Shown: positions 1 to 9,374 of the stretch, piece by piece
Position numbering within the stretch: position 1 is the stretch's first letter
How the letters are laid out: every line of letters begins with the position of its first letter
Assembly (NCBI GenBank): GCA_963803435.1
Contig: CAWDML010000001.1
Coordinates: 608,001 to 672,000, forward strand
Source: an uncultured delta proteobacterium
Lineage (GTDB): Bacteria > Myxococcota > Kuafuiibacteriia > Kuafuiibacteriales > Kuafuiibacteriaceae
Reading direction: 5' to 3'
DNA: 64,000 nt
Translations under genes and position numbers: made by a program
The notes under the pieces: generated by a model
Seen by the model: the letters and a program-made list of their open reading frames with translations, nothing else
What the model was told of the DNA's origin: nothing
Database searches by the model: none

Positions 1-468
1 ACGTTCTATCCCGACTGGTCCGAAGATCCGCCGGGCGCTCCCGTATCACCGGGACAGGATCCCTGGTCGGACGATCGTGCGGGCGGCATCGAGGCCGGCA
101 GGGTCGCCTACTACACCCTCGCCACCTGCTGGTCGTGTCACCCGGCATACGAGAGCGCGGAGGCGATCCAAAAGATCTACACCGACGCCGGCCTCGAGGC
201 GCCGCCGCTGCGAAAGAACCTCCGCGAGTCGGAGGTGAAGGACAGCAACTGGGGCGCGCCGATCAAGCCGCCCGACTTCCTCACCGACCGCATCAAGACC
301 GGGTTCGACGTGGCCAGCATCGCCCGCGTCATCTCCTCGGGAGTCGGCGGCACCGCGATGCCCACGTGGGCCGGCAGCCTCGAGCCCGAGCAGATCTGGG
401 GCCTCGCCTACTACGTCAACGATCTCGCGCTGAAGCGCGGGGCCCCGCCGAGAGGAGTCCAGCCGTGA
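1..468 (+). CDS. c-type cytochrome, 5'-truncated by window edge
   Basis: Frame 1 is open from base 1; CWSCH heme motif near 127-141, distal GTAMPTW Met ligand, IWGLAYYV helix; its stop overlaps the ccoN start (GTGA). Confidence 0.85.
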   Translation, partial: TFYPDWSEDPPGAPVSPGQDPWSDDRAGGIEAGRVAYYTLATCWSCHPAYESAEAIQKIYTDAGLEAPPLRKNLRESEVKDSNWGAPIKPPDFLTDRIKTGFDVASIARVISSGVGGTAMPTWAGSLEPEQIWGLAYYVNDLALKRGAPPRGVQP

Positions 469-1823
469 ACATCGAACCAACCTATGAGCGACCGCTGGTC
501 TACCGAGAGATCATCAAGGCGCACATCCTCTTCGGGTTCCTGTTCTTTCTGGTGGCGCTGTTCGCGGGCCTCCTCTACGGCCTCCAGCTCACACATCTGT
601 ATCCGTTCGTCGGGATCGAGCTGCTCTCCCCCGGCCGCATCCGGATGGTTCACACCAACGCCATCGCCTACGGTTACCTGATCAACCTCTTCATCGCCGT
701 CCTCTACTGGACGGTGCCGCGCTTGACGGGCCACCCGTTACTCTCGAAGAAGCTGAGCTGGGTGATCTGCGGCGCCTGGCAGGCCATCGTGCTCGCCACC
801 GCCGCGGGGATCCTCGGCGGACAGGCCCAAGGCATCGAGTGGGGCGAGACCCCGACCTGGGTCGATCACTTCGCCGTCTTGGGCGTGGCGCTCCTCGTGA
901 TCAACGTGGCCACCCCGATCTTCAAGACCGGCGGCCGGAAGCTCTACGTCAGCCTCTGGTACTTCGGCGCCATGCTGATCTGGACGCCGCTAGTCTACAT
1001 CATGGGCAACTACCTGCCCCAGTACTTCATCCCCGGCGCCGGGGGCGCGGCCATCACCGGCCTGTACATCCACGATCTGGTCGGCCTCTCCATCACGCCG
1101 CTCGGCTGGGGCATGATGTACTACTTCGTCCCGCTGGTGCTCGAGAAGCCGATCTGGAGCCACACCCTCTCGATCCTGGGCTTCTGGGGGCTCGCGTTCT
1201 TCTATCCGCTCAACGGGGTTCACCACTTCTTCTACAGCCCGATCCCGATGTACGCGCAGTACGGCGCCGTCATCTCGACGATCGCGGTCGAGCTGGTCGT
1301 CTTCACCGTCATCGTCAACTTCTTCATGACGCTGCGCGGCCGCGGTGATCGGCTGCGCACGGATCTCTCGGCGCGCTGGTTCTTCACCGGCATGGTCTTC
1401 TACTTCATCACCTGCCTCCAGTGCGCCTTCCACACCACGCTCACGTTCCAGAAGATCATTCACTTCACCGACTGGGTCGTCGGTCACGCCCATCTGGTGA
1501 TGTTCGGTGTGTTCGCCTTCTGGCTGCTGGGCGGCATCGTGTACATGTGGCCGCGCATCTGCGGTCGCGAGTGGTGGAGCCACAAGCTCAACGCCTGGAA
1601 CTACTGGCTGTCGACCATCGGGCTGGTGCTGATGTTCATCAACCTGACCGCCGCAGGTCTGGTCCAGGGCTTCATGTGGAAAGGCCTGGCGCAGTGGGAG
1701 AAGACCGTGACCGACTCGCTCCCCTTCTGGCACACGCGAACGATCGCCGGCTCGATGATCATCGTCGGCCAGTGCCTCCAGGCCTACAACATCTGGAAGA
1801 CGGCCCGCACGAAGGCCCCGTAG
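465..1823 (+). CDS. ccoN: cbb3-type cytochrome c oxidase subunit I
   Basis: Polytopic protein with GRIRMVHTN, HDLVG, YPLNGVHH and HFTDWVVGHAH motifs; GTG at 465 overlaps the upstream stop. The ORF-track N-terminus from 135 is shadow. Confidence 0.93.
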   Translation: MNIEPTYERPLVYREIIKAHILFGFLFFLVALFAGLLYGLQLTHLYPFVGIELLSPGRIRMVHTNAIAYGYLINLFIAVLYWTVPRLTGHPLLSKKLSWVICGAWQAIVLATAAGILGGQAQGIEWGETPTWVDHFAVLGVALLVINVATPIFKTGGRKLYVSLWYFGAMLIWTPLVYIMGNYLPQYFIPGAGGAAITGLYIHDLVGLSITPLGWGMMYYFVPLVLEKPIWSHTLSILGFWGLAFFYPLNGVHHFFYSPIPMYAQYGAVISTIAVELVVFTVIVNFFMTLRGRGDRLRTDLSARWFFTGMVFYFITCLQCAFHTTLTFQKIIHFTDWVVGHAHLVMFGVFAFWLLGGIVYMWPRICGREWWSHKLNAWNYWLSTIGLVLMFINLTAAGLVQGFMWKGLAQWEKTVTDSLPFWHTRTIAGSMIIVGQCLQAYNIWKTARTKAP

Positions 1824-1832
1824 GAGAGGACC

Positions 1833-2450
1833 GTGGAGAAGATCGCAACCATCATGCTGCTGGCCGGGCTCGGGTGCTTCGCATTCGCCGGCCTCCTGAC
1901 CGGGGTCCTTCCGGTCGCCCACCTCTCCCGCGTCCAGTACAAGACGCTCGACGAGGTGGCGCCGGAGCCCTCGCTCGACTTTCTCGACCTCTCCCGCCGC
2001 TATCCGGAGCAGTTCGCGAAGTACTACGGAAAGCCCACCAAGGAGGCCTTCCACGAGGCCCTCCGCCTGGGCCGAGATCAGTACATCGCCGAGGCCTGCT
2101 GGCACTGCCACTCGCAGTTCGTCCGGCCGGTGTCCAACGAGGATCAGCGCTTCGGCAAGGTTTCCTGGGCCGACGAGTATCGCAACGAGATGTTCCTCCC
2201 CCACCTCTTCGGGACGCGACGGGTCGGTCCCGATCTGATCCGCGAGTCGGGCCGCCACAGCAACGACTGGCACGCGGCGCATTTCTTCGATCCGACGCTG
2301 GTGTCACCACAGTCGGTGATGCCTCGCTACACCTGGTTCTACGACGGCGAGCAGCCGAACAAGATCGGCCTCGCGATGATCACGTACATGCAGTGGCTCG
2401 GCAGCTGGGCGACGCCCGAGGTGCTGGCCGCGCAGGAGCTCAACAAGTGA
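1833..2450 (+). CDS. ccoO: cbb3-type cytochrome c oxidase subunit II (monoheme)
   Basis: GRDQYIAEACWHCHSQFVRP, GTRRVGPDL and SVMPRY motifs; N-terminal TM; GGAG RBS. Confidence 0.93.
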   Translation: MEKIATIMLLAGLGCFAFAGLLTGVLPVAHLSRVQYKTLDEVAPEPSLDFLDLSRRYPEQFAKYYGKPTKEAFHEALRLGRDQYIAEACWHCHSQFVRPVSNEDQRFGKVSWADEYRNEMFLPHLFGTRRVGPDLIRESGRHSNDWHAAHFFDPTLVSPQSVMPRYTWFYDGEQPNKIGLAMITYMQWLGSWATPEVLAAQELNK

Positions 2451-2743
2451 AGAAGCCCGTCAGCGACCGCCCCGCGCGAGCCATCATCATCTGGTCGATG
2501 GTGGTGGGCCTGGTCTTCAGCGGCCTGGCGTTCGCGTACAAGATCGCGGAGTTCATGTTCACCATGACGACGCCGGACTTCGCCGGCTCGTTCGACGTCC
2601 CGATCATCGTTTATTTCGCGATCGCCGCCGGGTGGCTCTCGCTCCTCGGCTGGTGCTTCGCCACGAACAAGTTCAAGGACATGGAGCGAGCCAAGTACGA
2701 CATGCTCGCGCAGGAGGATGAGTATGAGCGCCTCGGTATCTGA
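2447..2743 (+). CDS. Small 2-TM protein with CcoS-like C-terminus (cbb3 assembly)
   Basis: GTG overlaps the ccoO stop; C-terminal WCFATNKFKDMERAKYDML resembles the CcoS W..gQF.D.E motif. Confidence 0.6.
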   Translation: MKKPVSDRPARAIIIWSMVVGLVFSGLAFAYKIAEFMFTMTTPDFAGSFDVPIIVYFAIAAGWLSLLGWCFATNKFKDMERAKYDMLAQEDEYERLGI

Positions 2744-2924
2744 GAAGGTCGACGCGGAACCCGAGCTCTTCACCGAGAGCGACTCGGCGGAGACCCGGTT
2801 CGACTACGACAAGGGCGGCGTGCCCATCTACGTGGCGTTGATCTGGGTCGCGTTCCTCTGCTGCTACGTGCTCTACATGCTGTACTACGGTCTTCCGGAC
2901 TTCTCGGCCTGGGGCGCTCCATGA
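2724..2924 (+). CDS. Small single-TM protein, possibly a CcoP N-terminus-like or CcoQ-like subunit
   Basis: Overlaps both neighbours; acidic N-terminus, then DYDKGGVPIY and a TM helix. Confidence 0.6.
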   Translation: MSASVSEKVDAEPELFTESDSAETRFDYDKGGVPIYVALIWVAFLCCYVLYMLYYGLPDFSAWGAP

Positions 2925-4890
2925 CACGAGGCGCGTGTGCCCACTGCGGCCTGCCCGCGGCCGCCGGCGATCGGTATTGCTGCTACGGCTGCGAGATCGC
3001 CGCGGAGATCGCCGCCGAGGCCCGCCACGAGCACGCGCGCACCTTCAACGCCCTCACCGTGGGGCTCCTCCTCACGATGGCGGTGATGATGCTGTCGCTG
3101 TTCCTCTACGCGGAGGACGTCTACGGCGCCGGCGCCGAAGCCGGCCTCATGTGGATGCGCACGTTCTACCGCTGGGCCTCGGGCGCGCTGGCCACCCCGG
3201 TGATGATCCTGTGCGGGCTCCCGGTGGTGCGGCGGGCGCTCCGCCGCGCCCGCCATCTCCAGCTGTCGATGTCGGCGCTCATCGCGGCCGGCGCCTTCGC
3301 AGCGTATGCCCTGTCGATCGTCTCGCTTCTTCGCGGCGGCTCGCGCGTCTACTTCGACAGCGCCGCCACCGCCTTGGTGCTGGCGACCCTCGGCCGCTAC
3401 CTGGAGGCGACCGCGCGCACGCGCGCCAGCGGCATCGCCCAGCGCGGTCTCGACGGCACGCTCGAGCCGGTGGAGGCGGAGGACGCGGAGGGGCGCCCGC
3501 TCGGCCGTGTCGCCCCGGCACAGCTGGCGCCGGGCATGCGCGTCTTCGTCGCGCCCGAGCAGGTGGTGCCGGTCGATCTGGTCGTCGAGCACCCGGTCGA
3601 GGTGGACGCCGCCGTGCTCTCGGGAGAGTCCGCGCCGCGCCGAGTGCCCGCAGGCGGAGCGGTCCCCGCCGGGGCCGTGCCGATCTCCGAGACGCTGGTC
3701 GGGCGCGCGGTCACCGACGCCAGGAGCTCCACGCTGGCCAAGCTGGCGATGCTGGCCAAGAGCCTCCGCGATCGGCCCTCGCCGCTCCTCGCGATCGCCG
3801 ATCGCTTCGCGCGCGTCCTCACGCCTGCCGTCTGGATCCTCTCCGCCGCGACCTTCGCCTGGTGGGCGCACCGGAGCGGCGTCGAGGCGGGCGTCGTCAA
3901 CGCGCTCTCCGTGGTCCTGGTGGCCTGCCCCTGTACCTACGCGATCGCCGCGCCGCTGGTGCACTGGCTGGCGATGCGCCGGGCCCTCGCGGAGGGCGTG
4001 CTGGTGAGAAGCGCAGAAGCGCTCGAGGAGCTCGCCGAGGTCGAGGTGGTCGCGTTCGACAAGACCGGAACGCTCACCTCGGACGCGCTCATCGCCCGCG
4101 AGTCCTGGCGCGCCGAGCGCGCCAGCGCCGAGGAGATCCGCGCGCTGGTGGCCGGGCTCGAGCGCGGCACGCGCCATCCGATCGGCCGCGCGCTCCACAC
4201 GTTCGCCGGATCCTCGACGCCCGCGGTGCTCACCGGCCGCAGGTTCGTGCCCGGTCGCGGCGTCGAAGCCGAGGACGAGCGCGGCCGCCGGCTGTCCCTC
4301 GGCCGCAGCCCGCGCGGCGAGGTGGTGCTGGCGCGCGACGGCGTCGAGCTGGCCGGGTTCGCCCTCGAGGAGTCGATCCGCCCCGAGGCGCGCGCGGCCG
4401 TCGAGGGGCTGGCGCTCGCGGGGATCCGCAGCGTGATGCTCACCGGCGACGGAGCGGCCCGGGCCTCGCGGGTCGCCTTCGAGCTCGGCATCGAGCACCG
4501 CTCGTCCCTCACGGCCGAGGAGAAGGTAGCGGCGATCAGGAGCCTCCCCGGCCGCGTCGCCATGGTGGGCGACGGGATCAACGACGCCCCCGCGCTCGCC
4601 GGTGCCACCGGGATCGCGATGAACGCGGGCACCGGCCTCTCGCGCGGGCTCGCCCGCGTCAACCTGCTCCACGACGACCTCACCCTCATCCCCCGCGCGA
4701 TCGCGCTCGGCCGCCGCGCCCGGACGCTGGTGGTCCGCCTGCTCGTCGGATCGACCGCCTACAACGTGCTCTTCCTCGGGCTGGCCGTGACCGGCGCGCT
4801 CCGCCCCGTGTGGGCCGGCGTCAGCATGCTGGTGTCGTCGCTGGTCGCGCTCGGCACGGCCGTCGCCGGGATGGGGGAGAGCAGGCGTGA
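2921..4890 (+). CDS. ccoI: Heavy-metal (Cu) P1B-type ATPase, CcoI-like
   Basis: N-terminal CAHC..CCYGC, ACPC, DKTGT, HP and GDGINDAP motifs. The ORF runs on to 5152, but one extra G in the run at 4873-4877 would end it at TGA 4888-4890, overlapping the next start. Confidence 0.85.
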
Positions 4891-5507
4891 TCGAGACCCT
4901 GACCACCGCCCTCGTCATGGGCCTGTTCGGCAGCGTTCACTGCGCGGTGATGTGCGGTCCGCTCGCGATCGCGGGATGCCGGCGCGCCCCCGAGACCGCC
5001 GGATACTTCGGCGGCCGCGCGATCGCCTACGCCACCGCCGGCGCGATCTTCGGGGCGCTCGGACACGCGATCGAGCTCGGCCCCTTCTGGGCACTGCTCC
5101 TGGCGGCGGCCGTGGTCGTGCACGGCCTGAGGCTCTTCTTACCCCTCCCTGATCCGACGCTGGTCTCGCTCCCCCGGTGGCGGAGCCCGGCCTTCACCTT
5201 CCTCGCGCGGCTGCTCCCTCGGCGCGGCCTCGGCCTCGGGCTGGCCACCGGCATCCTCCCCTGCGGTCTGCTGATGGGCGCGTGGATGCTGGCGGCCTCG
5301 ACCGGCCGCCCGCTCTCGGGAAGCGCCGTGATGATCGTCTTCTCGATCGCGTCGGTGCCCGGGCTGGTCGCGCCTCTCCTTGCAAGACGGGTTGCATCGA
5401 GGTTCATCCAGCTTCCGCGCCACGTGCACGGTCTGCTCTGGTGTCTGCTCGGGATCTGGATCGCGGTGCGCCCTCTCCTCGCGAGCAGGCCGGGAGGCTG
5501 TCACTGA
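4887..5507 (+). CDS. DsbD_2 / TauE-SafE-like membrane protein (cbb3 maturation)
   Basis: GLFGSVHCAVMCGP and GILPCGL motifs; usual position after ccoI. Confidence 0.88.
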   Translation: MIETLTTALVMGLFGSVHCAVMCGPLAIAGCRRAPETAGYFGGRAIAYATAGAIFGALGHAIELGPFWALLLAAAVVVHGLRLFLPLPDPTLVSLPRWRSPAFTFLARLLPRRGLGLGLATGILPCGLLMGAWMLAASTGRPLSGSAVMIVFSIASVPGLVAPLLARRVASRFIQLPRHVHGLLWCLLGIWIAVRPLLASRPGGCH

Positions 5508-6217
5508 TGAGCACGCTGTCCTTCGCCTTCCGCCTCCCGCTGCCCACCTGGCCGCGCGCGCGCCTCGAGTCGGACTACCGCTTTTTGGAGAGCCGCCTGT
5601 CGATCGCGGGCGAAGAGGTGGCGCGCTTCGACGAGCTCGCGCTCCGTCAGGGCGCGACCGTCGACTGGAACGGCCACGCGCTGGAGATCCGGCTCGACGA
5701 CCACGAGGTCGAGCTCCGCACGGACGGCGTCCGCGCGCTGCGAGAGGATCGGCTCTCGGCCCCGACCTGCCGCTCCGCCTGGATCCACGCCTTCGTGGCC
5801 CTGTTCGCCTCGTTCGCAGGCTTCATGGCGAGCTGGCTCTACCTCCGCCGCGCCGGCGACGGTGATCCCTGGGCCCTGAAGATGGCGATCCACATGGCCG
5901 GATGGCACGCCCTCCTCACGCTCACGCTCTTCCCGGCCTCGGTCTGGGGCCAGCGCCTCGGAATCCGCGCGGTCCAGCTCGCGAGCGCCGTCTTCTTCTG
6001 CATCCACGCCGGCATCGCGCTCGCCAACGCGGCCGAGGTGTTCGACGGCATCGCCCTGTTCAACGCGCTCTCGGGCCTCCTGTTCCTGGTCGCCGTACTC
6101 TACGGACAACGAGCCCACCGCGACATGGATCCGATCCGAGCGCTTCTGTCCCATTCGGGACGTCTTGTCCAAGGCGCAGCCTTCGGTACGCATCCTGCTC
6201 GCTCCTCTGGATCGTGA
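5507..6217 (+). CDS. Hypothetical membrane protein
   Basis: ATG overlaps the upstream stop (TGATG); soluble N-domain and about 4 TM helices. Confidence 0.65.
   Translation: MSTLSFAFRLPLPTWPRARLESDYRFLESRLSIAGEEVARFDELALRQGATVDWNGHALEIRLDDHEVELRTDGVRALREDRLSAPTCRSAWIHAFVALFASFAGFMASWLYLRRAGDGDPWALKMAIHMAGWHALLTLTLFPASVWGQRLGIRAVQLASAVFFCIHAGIALANAAEVFDGIALFNALSGLLFLVAVLYGQRAHRDMDPIRALLSHSGRLVQGAAFGTHPARSSGS
6184..6199 (+). promoter_or_regulatory. Possible sigma54-type -24/-12 promoter for the USP gene
   Basis: CGGTACGCATCCTGCT has GG-N10-GC spacing, about 15 nt before GTG 6214. Confidence 0.35.
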
Positions 6218-6609
6218 AGAGGATCGTCGCTGCCACGGATGGCTCCGAATCCGCCACCCGGGGCGTCGCGCTCGCGGCCGAGATGGCGCGCATGGCCCGC
6301 GCGACGCTCCACGTCATCACCGTGGTCCCGGGTTACGACGAGATCCTGATGGAGTTCACCCAAGCGAGCGGCCGGGACGCCGACGAGGCGGTGGCGCGCA
6401 TCGGTCGCGTCCATCTGGAGAAGACGCTCCAGGCGATCGACCTGGCCGGGATCACGGTTCGGACCGCCATCCGGGTGGGACGCCCGGCGGTGGAGCTGAC
6501 GATCTACGTCGAAAAGATGAAGCCGGACCTGCTGGTGCTGGGGGGCCGAGGGCACGTCGCCCACTACGTCCTTCGGGACGCCAATTGTCCTGTGGCGCTT
6601 CTGCCGTGA
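6214..6609 (+). CDS. Universal stress protein
   Basis: KRIVAATDGSE N-terminus, DLLVLGGRG, VLRDANCPVALL C-terminus. Confidence 0.9.
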   Translation: MKRIVAATDGSESATRGVALAAEMARMARATLHVITVVPGYDEILMEFTQASGRDADEAVARIGRVHLEKTLQAIDLAGITVRTAIRVGRPAVELTIYVEKMKPDLLVLGGRGHVAHYVLRDANCPVALLP

Positions 6610-6627
6610 TGCGGTAGATTCCGGCCG

Positions 6628-7572
6628 ATGGCAACCAACCAGAAGCAGTCCGGCTTCTCCCTGTGGTACGAGGATTATCTTCAGGGCCGGGCCCTTCCGA
6701 TCATCGGTCTCGGCGGAGGCGCGCTGATGGTGCTCCTCTACTTCACCGGCGTGATCCCGGAGTGGATCGCCGCGCTGCTCCTGGCGGCGGGCATCGTGCT
6801 CGGCGCCTGCGGCTACGCGTTCAAGCACCTGTTCGATGCGGCCCGCACCAGCGGAGAGACCGCGATGGCGCTGGGCCTGACCATCCTGGTCGCGATCGTC
6901 GCCGGCATCCCGGTCGTCACCACCCTGCTCCCCGGTACGCCGCGCGCCGAGGGCAACGTCCACGCCGCCGGTGAGACCATCAAACTGCCCGCGGACGCCC
7001 GTGGATCGGTCCGGATCCTCCTGCACGGTCGCGTCGCCGGCTCGGGGACCGCCGACGCCGACATCGTGCTGGCCGTCGGCGATCAACACTTGTCCGGGCA
7101 CTTCAGCCGCAAGCCCCAGAGCGTGCGGATCGGACGGCGAGGCCGCGGCACCGTGATGCGCGAGCACAACAGCCAGTTCCTCATCACGACGATCCCGGAC
7201 GATGTCGATCAGATCAAGGTCGAGTCCGTGAAGGGCAAGCTGGCCGAGCCGATCGCCGTGCAGGTGTTTCCGGACTTCCTCCCCACCGGCATGGAGCTCG
7301 GCCTCGGGCTGACACTCCTCGTGCTGGGCTCCGCCCTCGCCGCCCGGTTCGGTGCGAACAGCAACGGCCCCGGCGCGCTCGGGCTGACGCTCCTCTTCGC
7401 CGTGATGATCCATCGCATCGCCACGCCCGAGATCGCGATCCAGCCGGAGATGGGCTCGCTGGTGATCGGTGGCGTCGGCGGCCTCCTGGCCGGCTCGATC
7501 TCGACCTGGGTCATGAAGAAGATCGTCCACCGCCGCCCGGAGCCGACGGCCGCGATGCGCGCCACCACGTGA
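6628..7572 (+). CDS. Hypothetical membrane protein (3 TM, soluble beta domain, 3 TM)
   Basis: Natural protein composition; TAGATT -10-like box 7 nt upstream of the ATG. Confidence 0.7.
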   Translation: MATNQKQSGFSLWYEDYLQGRALPIIGLGGGALMVLLYFTGVIPEWIAALLLAAGIVLGACGYAFKHLFDAARTSGETAMALGLTILVAIVAGIPVVTTLLPGTPRAEGNVHAAGETIKLPADARGSVRILLHGRVAGSGTADADIVLAVGDQHLSGHFSRKPQSVRIGRRGRGTVMREHNSQFLITTIPDDVDQIKVESVKGKLAEPIAVQVFPDFLPTGMELGLGLTLLVLGSALAARFGANSNGPGALGLTLLFAVMIHRIATPEIAIQPEMGSLVIGGVGGLLAGSISTWVMKKIVHRRPEPTAAMRATT

Positions 7573-9347
7573 ACACGCTCAGCTCGCGGGCCGCGCGGTC
7601 CAACCGGTATCTCCTCGCCTTTGCCCTCACGCTGACGGCGCCGACCGCCTGGGCCCAGGACGGCAATGCCCGCGCCGCCGCGATCGCGGCGCGCTCGAAG
7701 ACCACGCAGGAGGCCGCGCGCTTTCTCCGCCAGCAGGCGGGGCGGATCTCGAATCCCGCGATCGCGACCGCCACCAAGGCCTTGCCCGACAATCCCGCGC
7801 CGACGTTCATGGCGGCGTGGCCCGATCTCCCGTCGCGCGAGCGCATCCGGCAACAGCTGGCGTCGCTGCACCTGGTCGACGCGTCCGTCCGCCCGGGCGC
7901 GCTCTTTCCGCCCCTCGCGGATCCGACGCGTTCCCCCCAACCCTTCACCTCGGCGCCGGGCGGCACCCCCGACACCCGCCACGCCCATCCGGGCGGGCTC
8001 GCCGAGCACGCCGCGTTCAACCTGCAGGCGGCGCTCGATCTGGCGGCCAACTATCGGCGTCGATACGGGATCCAGCTCGACCTCGACCTGGTGATCGCCG
8101 CTCCCATCTGGCACGACGCGATGAAGCCCTGGTGCCTCCAGTGGAGAGAGGACGGGACCATGACCGTCCAGGCCTCCCTCGCAGGGACCGCGTCCCACCA
8201 CATCTTCGCGATCGCCGAGGCGCTCCACCGCATGATGCCGCCGGAGCTGGTGGTCGCGATCGCGTTCGCGCACGAGCCCGCGACCGAGGCGGCCCGCGTT
8301 CGCTTCCTGCGCGCCGGGGCGCTGCTCGCCGGCGTCGATCCGGTGGAGCGCCGCCTCCTCACCTTCGGCGACGACCACGAGTGGCGATTGGCCCGCCGGC
8401 CCTCGATCGAGGCCAACATCGATCACCTCGCCGATCACGACTACGTGATCGCGGATCCCGCCGGGCGCGAGGTCGCCGACGCGCTGGTCCGGCTGGCCCG
8501 GGCCGAGCCAGGCGGCGCGGATCGAAGCGACGCCGATCTGCGCTGGATGCGCCACCGCATCCGCGCCTCGGTGCCGCACCTGGTGTTGTACCAGGTGCTC
8601 CGCCGGGACGGCGATCCGGGCGTGGTCGCCGAGCTGGCGCGCCGCAAGGTGGCGCTCGTCGATCCCTCCGATCACACGGAACCCTCGGCGCGATGGATCG
8701 CGCTACCGGCCGGCGCGCACTGGGTCGGCTGCGGCGAAGGCGACGCAGCCTGCGAGCCGTTCGAGAAGCCGGCTCGGAGAGTCAGCATCGGTCCGCTCCT
8801 CTTCGATCGCACCGAGGTCACCGCCGCGGACTACGCAGCCTGCGTGAAGAGCGGCGCCTGCGACGACGCCGAGACCTCCGGGCCCACGTGCAACTATGGC
8901 CAGGCCAGACGCGAGCAGCACCCGATGAACTGTCTCGACCACACGCAGGCCTCCAACTACTGCGCCGCCCAGGGCGCCCGGCTCCCGACCGCCGACGAGT
9001 GGGAAGCGGCCGCGCGCGGCGGCGACCGTCGGATCTACGTCTGGGGCAACGACGACCCGCCGCCGCCCAAGGCCGGAAACTTCGCGGACGCCTCGGAGGG
9101 CGGGTCGCGCGGCACCGGCCTGCCCTGCCAGACCGGAGACCGGACGGCCACCGGGATCTGCGATCTCGCCGGCAACGTCCACGAGTGGACGTCCACGCGC
9201 GCGAAGGAGGCGGGCGACGAGCGCTACGTGGTGAAGGGCGGCGCGTTCGACACGAGCGGCGCGAAGCTCCGCATCTCGCTGCGCTCGACCGGCGACGCCA
9301 CCGACCGAAGCCCCGCGCTCGGCCTTCGCTGCGTCCGGGAACGATGA
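7569..9347 (+). CDS. Secreted HD-type phosphohydrolase-like domain fused to an FGE-sulfatase (SUMF1) domain
   Basis: Signal peptide (AWA|Q); HAHPGGLAEH and WHDAMK motifs; C-domain DRTEVT, RLPTADEWEAAARGG, DLAGNVHEW, GLRC. Confidence 0.75.
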   Translation: MNTLSSRAARSNRYLLAFALTLTAPTAWAQDGNARAAAIAARSKTTQEAARFLRQQAGRISNPAIATATKALPDNPAPTFMAAWPDLPSRERIRQQLASLHLVDASVRPGALFPPLADPTRSPQPFTSAPGGTPDTRHAHPGGLAEHAAFNLQAALDLAANYRRRYGIQLDLDLVIAAPIWHDAMKPWCLQWREDGTMTVQASLAGTASHHIFAIAEALHRMMPPELVVAIAFAHEPATEAARVRFLRAGALLAGVDPVERRLLTFGDDHEWRLARRPSIEANIDHLADHDYVIADPAGREVADALVRLARAEPGGADRSDADLRWMRHRIRASVPHLVLYQVLRRDGDPGVVAELARRKVALVDPSDHTEPSARWIALPAGAHWVGCGEGDAACEPFEKPARRVSIGPLLFDRTEVTAADYAACVKSGACDDAETSGPTCNYGQARREQHPMNCLDHTQASNYCAAQGARLPTADEWEAAARGGDRRIYVWGNDDPPPPKAGNFADASEGGSRGTGLPCQTGDRTATGICDLAGNVHEWTSTRAKEAGDERYVVKGGAFDTSGAKLRISLRSTGDATDRSPALGLRCVRER

Positions 9348-9374
9348 CCCCGTCTCCCCGCCCCGCCCTCGGTC

